In this document: one piece after another, positions 57,097 through 64,000 of the stretch
Layout: each line of letters opens with the position of its first letter
How positions within the stretch are numbered: the first letter of the stretch is position 1
Source of the DNA: Cyanidioschyzon merolae
Taxonomy: Eukaryota
DNA: 64,000 nt
Assembly: GCA_000091205.1 (NCBI GenBank)
Contig: AP006502.2
Strand: one strand, 5' to 3'
The notes under the pieces: generated by a model
Database searches by the model: none
What the model saw: the letters and a program-made list of their open reading frames with translations, nothing else
What the model was told of the DNA's origin: nothing
Translations under genes and position numbers: made by a program

Positions 57097-58053
57097 CTAC
57101 ACTTGTCTACTGCAAACGTTCTGTACCGACGGGTCCAACTTGTCCGCATCCACTTCCTCATCGCATGTTGTCGAGCCGGGCGCCGGTGCTGTCTCCACCA
57201 AATCACTTGTCTTGTGCAGCCTCGCGTTTGCGCTCGAAAACCATTCTCGCGGTCGCATTGATGCCGGCAAGTGCACCAGATCCTGCGCTGTGTCCACGTC
57301 GTTGAGCGTTACCGGTAAACATATCGTCCTGACGCCATCATTGCGCAGAGCTTCGACGGTGCGCGCGCATACATCATTCTGACTGAATACGAGGTGTGGG
57401 CCGAACGCAGCGTAGATGACTCTCGCCCAACGGGTTCGTTCTGCTGCCGCAAATGCTAAACCGAGCAAATAATAACCGCCGTCCTGCGCTGGTCCAATCA
57501 CCGCTCCATGACCGGCATGGAGCGCAGCGAATGCCTGCTGTAGCACCGCGGTATCAAGCGCCGGGCAGTCGCTTCCGATGACCACAACGTGCGCATCCCT
57601 CGATTCGTCTACCAGGCTTGTCACCTCCGTAAACGCTTGGATGAGTCGAGAGCCTAGCGGATCCTGCTTTTGATCACCAGTGCTCTGCACTTTAGAGGCT
57701 TTCTGTGGTGCGATCCGAAACGCCGGGTAACGATGACGAACCGAGTCGTCGAGCCAGCGTTCTACGCACTCCGCCTTCGCCTGCTCGCTCTCCACTGGGG
57801 TATAGTATAGGTGGACGGCGCCTGTTCCTCCAGCTTGCAGATCAAGGCCCTGCAACCAGTCATACGCCGTCGCAAGGGTGTTTTCTACCAGAGCGGCACT
57901 GATGCGCGTCGCAAGTGTCGAACCTATCTCCCGACTCAAACGCTGTTTCGTCAGGCCCGCTATCGGAGGCTTGGTGAAAACGACCAGGTGCAGCTCTTGT
58001 TCCGCACTCCACGTGGAGATTGGCTGCGCATGGTCAACATTTTCCCCTTGCAT
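57097..58053 (-). CDS. DUF2064-family protein (GT-A-like nucleotidyltransferase fold, TIGR04282-type). This is a bacterial/cyanobacterial-type gene.
   Basis: LHLVVFTKPPIAGLTKQRLSREIG...AALVENTL (the N-terminal KxP.xG..KTRL motif) and VVIGSDCPALDTAVLQQAFAAL...AVIGPAQDGGYYLLGL (the DUF2064 hallmark). Confidence 0.7.
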   Translation of the reverse strand: MQGENVDHAQPISTWSAEQELHLVVFTKPPIAGLTKQRLSREIGSTLATRISAALVENTLATAYDWLQGLDLQAGGTGAVHLYYTPVESEQAKAECVERWLDDSVRHRYPAFRIAPQKASKVQSTGDQKQDPLGSRLIQAFTEVTSLVDESRDAHVVVIGSDCPALDTAVLQQAFAALHAGHGAVIGPAQDGGYYLLGLAFAAAERTRWARVIYAAFGPHLVFSQNDVCARTVEALRNDGVRTICLPVTLNDVDTAQDLVHLPASMRPREWFSSANARLHKTSDLVETAPAPGSTTCDEEVDADKLDPSVQNVCSRQV

Positions 58054-58254
58054 ATCGTCATCGACAGCATCAACTCACTCGCTCAGTGCGTCATCCCTAT
58101 AAGCAAACAAGAGCAGCAACAGCAGCAGCAGCAGCACGGCAAGTGCGCCCTCGTTAGCAAGCGACCGGGTACGCAGGCGGCATCGATGGCACCGTGCACC
58201 GGCGTCCGGCAGAGCGCAAGTGCGCGCTGGCCCCGCGCCGCTGCTAGTCGCCTG

Positions 58255-58812
58255 AACATGAACGCGTGTGTGCTCACCAGCGGCAATGCTTTCTCTCCAG
58301 GTGCACGATCGATGAATGGACGCAGATTCCTCGATCATGAACGCGTGTGTGCTCACCAGCGGCAATGCTTTCTCTCCAGGTGCACGATCGATGAATGGAC
58401 GCAGATTCCTCGATCATGAACGCGTGTATGCTCACCAGCGGCAATGCTTTCTCTCCAGGTGCATGAACAATGAATGGACGCAGATTCCTCGATCATGAAC
58501 GCGTGTGTGCTCACCAGCGGCAATGCTTTCTCTCCAGGTGCATGAACAATGAATGGACGCAGATTCCTCGATCATGAACGCGTGTGTGCTCACCAGCGGC
58601 AATGCTTTCTCTCCAGGTGCACGATCGATGAATGGACGCAGATTCCTCGATCATGAACGCGTGTGTGCTCACCAGCGGCAATGCTTTCTCTCCAGGTGCA
58701 CGATCGATGAATGGACGCAGATTCCTCGATCATGAACGCGTGTGTGCTCACCAGCGGCAATGATTTCTCTCCAGGTGCATGAACAATGAATGGACGCAGA
58801 TTCCTCGATAAT
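58255..58812. repeat. 79-bp minisatellite of about 7 tandem copies with two variant units, lying in the divergent intergenic region between the DUF2064 and MGMT genes.
   Basis: Unit acgcgtgtgtgctcaccagcggcaatgctttctctccaggtgcacgatcgatgaatggacgcagattcctcgatcatga recurs at 58262, 58341, 58420, 58499, 58578, 58657 and 58736. The ORF track shows identical 60-aa artefact ORFs repeating. Confidence 0.95.
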
Positions 58813-58991
58813 ATGTGCATGGATAGAGCGTGGGAAGAGACTCCAGCTCATTTATCGGTGCTTGAAGCTTGTCATCGCTGCTCGGCTCCGTAGTCGCCCG
58901 TGTAAGAAAAGCGTGATCGATCTGGGAGCATCTTCGGTGCTGGATGCGTTCCCGCCACCTTTCCCGTACGCAGACAAGAGAGCAACACTGT

Positions 58992-59034
58992 GTCTCTGTT
59001 TCTGTCTCTGTCTCTCTCTGTGTGTGTATGTGTG
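58992..59034. repeat. (CT)n/(GT)n compound dinucleotide microsatellite.
   Basis: ctctgtttctgtctctgtctctctctgtgtgtgtatgtgtgtg seen directly. Confidence 0.8.
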
Positions 59035-59141
59035 TGAACGCTGACTCGAGGACGTTGGCTCCGGAGAGCTGTGTGCTCACTCGGCGCGTCGTCCTGCAAA
59101 ATAAGGGCAGGCGCCAGCACCCGCATGCCGCCTTTGCCCAG

Positions 59142-59780
59142 ATGAACACCGTTGGCGGCTCGAGATATCGGGGCGAGCGTCTTGTTCCTCAGTGCCAACG
59201 CATGGCGAGGTCTACTGGGACCTCTTTTAAGGAGAAACGTAGGCGTTTGGCCTCGGGAAGCGTTCTGTTTTCCAAGTGCTTACGCAAGTCATGTTGCGTT
59301 TGCCTGGACGCGACGCTGTCTGACTTTGAGAAAGCGGTTTATCACGTGGCCGCGAGTATCGAGCCGGGACGTGTCGCGACATACGGCACCATAGCGCAGG
59401 TGATTAAGCCAACGGAAGGCGCGCGAGCTGCTCGAGCCGTTGGCACTGCGTTGCGGAAGAATCCTTACTGGAAAGAGGGCTGCGTTCCTAAAGTTCCTTG
59501 CCACCGTGTCGTAGCGGCAGATCGGACGCTCGGTGGTTACATGGGCGTTAAAGACCCCAAAAGCACGCAGCTGGAGCGGAAACGCTGCATCATGCTTGAA
59601 GAGGGCGTGCCGCTGACGCGAAACAAGCGTGGTCAATGGGTCGTTGTGGAAAACGTCGCTGGAGGCGGCGGCACGAGCGCTGGGCAGCCGCTTCTGAGCC
59701 CCGCAGAGCTGCGCGCAATAGCTGCTACCTTCGCCAGCGCTTCTAGTCTTTCACCTGAAGGGTGTTCGACCCCCAGATGA
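59142..59780 (+). CDS. MGMT: O6-methylguanine-DNA methyltransferase (MGMT/Ogt), short form. Only the C-terminal DNA-binding/active-site domain is recognisable. The start is either ATG 59142 or ATG 59202.
   Basis: DFEKAVYHVAASIEPGRVATYGTIA...AVGTALRKNP...VPCHRVVAADRTLGGY contains the HTH, the Asn hinge and the PCHRV active-site cysteine motif. Confidence 0.75.
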   Translation: MNTVGGSRYRGERLVPQCQRMARSTGTSFKEKRRRLASGSVLFSKCLRKSCCVCLDATLSDFEKAVYHVAASIEPGRVATYGTIAQVIKPTEGARAARAVGTALRKNPYWKEGCVPKVPCHRVVAADRTLGGYMGVKDPKSTQLERKRCIMLEEGVPLTRNKRGQWVVVENVAGGGGTSAGQPLLSPAELRAIAATFASASSLSPEGCSTPR

Positions 59781-59799
59781 GTGTCATCAAAAGCGTTTT

Positions 59800-60200
59800 C
59801 GCGGTTTACATTAGATGCGTTCGAAGTGCGTTCCTTTGAAGAAATAAAAATCCAAGGGAGATGTATGAGCGTACAAGTCGGGGATCCTAGCGGGCCGTCC
59901 TAACCAGATTCTACGAAGACATGAAAAAATGCTCATCGCACCGACCCTCGATCGAAGAGGAACATATTCCGAAAAAGATGAAGAAGAGGGGAGACAGGCG
60001 AGAAATGGTGTTTGCTGCACGTCTCGATAACGAGACTGTAGTGGCACAGGGGCCGCGCGTTCGATGAACCCTTGCACTGGTGCGTTCAACCAGCGTCAAT
60101 GCACGCGAGGAGTTCGTGAACCGAGTCTTCAATGCCACCATCAATATCAGACGATGTGTGGTACTAAAGACGAGACCCGCGAAGCTGGCGCCGTTTATGT
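59800..60200 (+). pseudogene. Second, more degraded copy of the TnpB/Fanzor-like nuclease 3' region (about 75% nucleotide identity to 540-749). It has frameshifts and a stop.
   Basis: Translation R*TLALVRSTSVNAREEFVNRVFNATINIRRCVVLKTRP aligns with copy 1 GLLALVSTTSDGKKRMEFVN*DFNAAINIRRCAVLERRP. The catalytic D is replaced by V. Upstream, LDAFEVRSF corresponds to VDEFRTSYT in another frame. Confidence 0.55.
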
Positions 60201-62247
60201 TTCTGGGGCATGCTCTCAAACTCGTATCGTGCCTGGATAAACTGGAACCGACACCAGCCGGCCGATCAAAAAAGCGAGAGGCGTCTGCGCATCGATGCAT
60301 ATATACCCGTCATGGGCTGGAAACGTTTTTCGTTTTACGAACTATAACATATAGTATTGCTTGGGCATCGTATTCCAGGGGAATTCGCACTTGTTGCTGT
60401 CAGGGAGCATTGAGCTGTAATGGTGCATCCTGCGCTTCGAGTGATGCGTCGATGCAGCAACCATGCCACCGGAGCATGCGTCTCTACGAGAGGCGGTCAA
60501 TGCTGGGGCCGCACCGCATTGCGACGCGCCCCACGAGCAGACGTGCCTGCTGAGACGCCGCAAACCGGTTCTGAGTCCGTCCAACGACGCATTCAGCATC
60601 GTGTCGAGCGTTCACGGCACGCTGACCACACGAAAGCTCACTGGATGCATCAAGCCGGTAACCCGAACGGAAGTCTGGTCTGGGGTCAGTGAAACGGAGC
60701 GGTGACAGGAGCGGCGTGGCGAGCGCTTCGCACCTTGCGCTCATCAAGCACTCGTGGGTGGAGCTGCTCGTTCGAATCATCGAACGTTTGCCATTACAAA
60801 CTGTGCATCTCTGAACTTATTTCAGTGAAGAATGGCATAGGCCCACTTGGCTGGACCGGGTGTACGCGCTCAGGTTTGGTTCTCATGCTCTGATTGTCAG
60901 TACCAGTTATGGCAGGCGCTTCCTGCGACTGCCTCGGTTTCCTCTCTCACATCTTCGGCTTCCAGTACGTCGAGTTCTCCTTTCCCTATAGATTTGTTAT
61001 CAGCAATCGAAAGATATTGACGGCAGCGTTAAAGCCCCAATGTCGCAGCTTCCTCCCGTTATTCTCCTGAGGTACACTCAGCGAGAAGTTGCGATCTACG
61101 TTTCGCATGTCATTTCTATGCTCTTCGTATGCAGCCGCGGTGCACCTGTTGCAGCGGTACCATCGGGCCGAGTGCAAGCGTTCCCATGTGTATACCATAT
61201 CTTGGCGTTCGGTCGCCGCCCTGTGGCACGTAAAGGACTGCTTCAGCGGTCAGCACACGCCCATGACGGGTTCAGAAGGCTCACTTCGATATCCTCTTCT
61301 GTTTCCGCGCCCGGTGCCGTATCCGACGCTCGCGAGCTTGGTCTGGGCGATCCCCGCAGCGAGAACTCCATCTGCCGCACACGCAAGTGCACGCTGCCCC
61401 GCTCAGGAGAGGATTCGTGGTGCGCGATACTGTCCATAATGAACCCAAGTTTCTGAGGGACAAATGCAGGCCCAGGCAGAAATCGAGGAATTTCGATTTG
61501 TCGAAGCGCGCTTCCCGCAAAGCACTGATACGGTCCATTGGGATCAGTTGTTGCGGGGATCGTCGGTCGAGTCCCAGAAACTCTTGTGCGCAAACGGAAG
61601 ACACGTTAGCCTCTGAGAGAGTATCACGTAACAGGTGTCATGCTGGCGTGGAATTCCTTTTTTCGTCGATGAACAGAAGGAGAGGAGGATTCGTCTGTTG
61701 AACGAAATCCATGATCTAAGGTGACAAGTTCACCAGTTTTTGGGCAGGTGCTTGAGAACAAGTCGACAAGGCCCGACGTCGAGATGCTCTGGTCGTTAGT
61801 GCAGCGGCGGAGAACGCTGCACGCACGAGTTGCGTTGAAACAGAAACATTCAAAATCTCGAAGAATGCATGAGTTGAACATGCTATTCATGAGGAAAGGA
61901 CACGGTCGGAGGCTTCTACGCACGAACCAGATGATGATATCGCTCACTTGACGAATCTCTGTTTGGGGGCTTCACGAAGTATACTGGTGGCGGTGACGAC
62001 ACGAACCCGATGGTGAGCGCCTCGAGGCCACAAGTATCCGCAGCCGCTACTTCATACTGCTGGTGCTGCTGGTGCCGCCCTCGAGTCGCACCAGGGACAC
62101 ACTCGTATGTCTGAGAGGCACCGGGCCTCACGAGCGCATGGACACCCAAGCCTCTGCATATACTCGGGTCGAGTGACTCTGGCTTGTGCTCGCTGCGTGC
62201 ACGCGGTGCAATAACCATGGAGCAGGTCGAATCAAGACGCTTCGTCT

Positions 62248-64000
62248 TTACAGTTCGTCGTGTTCCTCGCTATCCCGATCATCATCTGCCGACGAGTCTG
62301 CTGACGAGTCCTTGCCGGTTCCCTTTGCGGACTCGTAGGTCTTCAGAATAATCGGCTGAACAACGTCTTGGAAGGCCTTCATCCGTTCCTCGATGGCGGC
62401 CGCATCCGAGGCTTCACCGTGCTCGTCCAGCCAGTCCTGAGCGCTCTCAACACTGTCTTTGAGCTTGTCTATATCGTCTGTGCTGAGTTTGGTCTTTTTG
62501 TCCTTGTCCTCGTACATCTGACGCACCTGGTAGATGTAGTTTTCAAAGTTATTTTTGGCGTCCACCTTGCGTTTGAGCTTGGCATCGACCTCGGCGTACT
62601 CCTCTGCCTCACGAACCATTCGCTGGATTTCTTCGTCCTTGAGGCGTCCTTTGTCGTTTCGAATGGTGATCTTCTCGCGTTTGCCTGCCGTCTTCTCCTC
62701 TGCACTGACCTGGAGAATGCCGTTTGCGTCGATCTCAAACGTGACTTCTATTTGTGGAACACCGCGCGGAGCAGGCGGAATGCCCGTCAGTTCAAACTTA
62801 CCCAGCAGATGGTTGTCCTTGGTTGCAACGCGCTCGCCCTCGTACACTTGAATGAGCACGGAACTCTGCCGGTCCACATGGGTCGTAAATATCTGACTCT
62901 TCTTCGTTGGGATGGTGGTTCCGCGGTTAATGATTTTGGTCATGACACCACCAACGGTCTCAATGCCAAGCGACAAGGGCGTCACGTCTAGAAGCAGGAT
63001 GTCTTTGGTGGTTTCCCCACCCTCGCCAGATAAGATCGCGCCTTGCACCGCCGCGCCGTACGCGACAGCCTCGTCAGGATTGATGCCTTTCGAGGGCTGC
63101 TTCCCGTCGAAGAACTCCGTAATGAGTTCCTGTATCTTGGGAATGCGCGTGGAGCCACCAACCAAAACGATCTCGTCGATATCCTTCTTCTCCTTCTTGG
63201 CATCTTTGAGGACGATCTCCACTGGCTTGAGCGTCTTGCGAAACAGATCCATGTTCAGGTTTTCGAAGCGAGCTCGTGTCAGCTCCTCGATGAGATCCTT
63301 CCCATCCATGATGGATTCAATCTCGATCCGCACCTGCGTCTGGTAACTGAGCGCTCGCTTCGCCTTTTCCACTTCGCGCCGAAGCTTAGCCATCGCACGT
63401 TTATCGGTCCGCAAGTCCAAGCCATCGTTCTTCTTCTTGAATTGTTTCACCAAATAATCCATCACCCGCTGGTCAAAATCTTCGCCTCCTAAGTGGGTAT
63501 CGCCGTTCGTCGCGAGCACTTCAAAGACACCGTCATCGAGGGTAAGTAGCGTCACGTCAAAGGTACCACCACCTAGGTCGAAAACAAGAATGTTCTTCTC
63601 AGAGCCGCCCTTGTCGAGCCCGTATGCAATGGCGGCAGCGGTCGGCTCATTGATGATGCGCTGAACCGTCAGGCCGGCGATGGTGCCTGCATCCTTCGTA
63701 GCCTGCCGCTGTGCGTCATTGAAATATGCCGGCACGGTGACGACCGCGTTCTTCACAGGCTTACCTAAATAGTCTTCAGCAATTTTCTTCATTTTGCCTA
63801 GGATCATTGCACTTATCTCTTCGGGCGAGAACGTCTTCACTTCCCCATCGCGCACTTCTACCCGAATGTAAGGTTTGCCGTCCTTGTTCACGACTTTGTA
63901 CGGCAATAACTTTATATCTTTCTGGACAGTCTCTTCATCGAAACGCCTTCCGATGAGTCGTTTCACGTCGAAAATCGTCCGCTCCGGGTTCAGTGCCAGC
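62248..64000 (-). CDS. BIP: ER luminal Hsp70 BiP/GRP78, partial. The N-terminal roughly 100+ aa lie beyond the window end.
   Basis: Typical Hsp70 sequence ([28 protein letters not shown], the substrate-binding domain) ending in the ER-retention signal HDEL immediately before the stop. The ORF is open to the window edge. Confidence 0.95.
   Translation of the reverse strand, partial: LALNPERTIFDVKRLIGRRFDEETVQKDIKLLPYKVVNKDGKPYIRVEVRDGEVKTFSPEEISAMILGKMKKIAEDYLGKPVKNAVVTVPAYFNDAQRQATKDAGTIAGLTVQRIINEPTAAAIAYGLDKGGSEKNILVFDLGGGTFDVTLLTLDDGVFEVLATNGDTHLGGEDFDQRVMDYLVKQFKKKNDGLDLRTDKRAMAKLRREVEKAKRALSYQTQVRIEIESIMDGKDLIEELTRARFENLNMDLFRKTLKPVEIVLKDAKKEKKDIDEIVLVGGSTRIPKIQELITEFFDGKQPSKGINPDEAVAYGAAVQGAILSGEGGETTKDILLLDVTPLSLGIETVGGVMTKIINRGTTIPTKKSQIFTTHVDRQSSVLIQVYEGERVATKDNHLLGKFELTGIPPAPRGVPQIEVTFEIDANGILQVSAEEKTAGKREKITIRNDKGRLKDEEIQRMVREAEEYAEVDAKLKRKVDAKNNFENYIYQVRQMYEDKDKKTKLSTDDIDKLKDSVESAQDWLDEHGEASDAAAIEERMKAFQDVVQPIILKTYESAKGTGKDSSADSSADDDRDSEEHDEL

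Noticed and set aside
56352-57206. 284-aa minus-strand ORF downstream of and overlapping the DUF2064 3' end
   Set aside because: It overlaps the DUF2064 C-terminus in another frame. Its R/S/T-rich composition has no recognisable family. It is treated as spurious.
58316-58735. Three near-identical 60-aa + strand ORFs (MDADSSIMNACVLTSGNAFSPGARSMNGRRFLDHERV...) and matching minus-strand ORFs
   Set aside because: These are artefacts of translating the 79-bp tandem repeat. The identity is DNA-level repetition, not a gene family.
39935-60785. Shared 14-mer ttcgaatcatcgaa at about 39938 and about 60770, each near-palindromic
   Set aside because: Several shared 14-mers are expected by chance in 64 kb, and the flanks do not align. 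It is not evidence of a repeat family or TIR.

Overview
This is an intron-poor, GC-rich (~55-60%) eukaryotic nuclear segment with long uninterrupted ORFs on alternating strands. I call about 20 protein-coding genes with varying confidence. Housekeeping genes: CCT eta chaperonin, mitochondrial aconitase, a RAD51/DMC1 recombinase, TAF2, a SCY1-like pseudokinase, an ANTH-domain protein, TTC4/Cns1, a REX4-like exonuclease, a Vps18-like tethering subunit, and ER BiP/Hsp70 (ends in HDEL, truncated by the window edge). Plastid- or bacterial-flavoured genes: a gamma-tocopherol-methyltransferase-like enzyme, a RETICULATA-related (DUF3411) membrane protein, a DUF2064 protein, and a short MGMT. Unusual architectures: an SNF5 domain fused to a GATA-like zinc finger, a tandem adenylate kinase with a degenerate second P-loop and a C-terminal membrane domain, and a stand-alone L-arabinokinase-type GT-like domain. 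Together these point to a photosynthetic, or formerly photosynthetic, intron-poor alga, possibly red-alga-like; the organism assignment is inference only. There are no rRNA genes, no convincing tRNA genes and no CRISPR arrays. Main hunt results: (1) two decayed TnpB/Fanzor-like (OrfB, RuvC-like) nuclease remnants at both ends of the window, at 138-749 and about 59800-60200, both carrying in-frame stops; (2) a 79-bp, roughly 7-copy minisatellite in the divergent promoter between the DUF2064 and MGMT genes; (3) a probable GTAAGT...CAG spliceosomal intron of about 406 nt in the TTC4 gene, the only intron I could support; (4) a lower-GC, gene-poor island of about 4 kb at 33.4-37.1 kb; (5) several microsatellites and a G-quadruplex motif.
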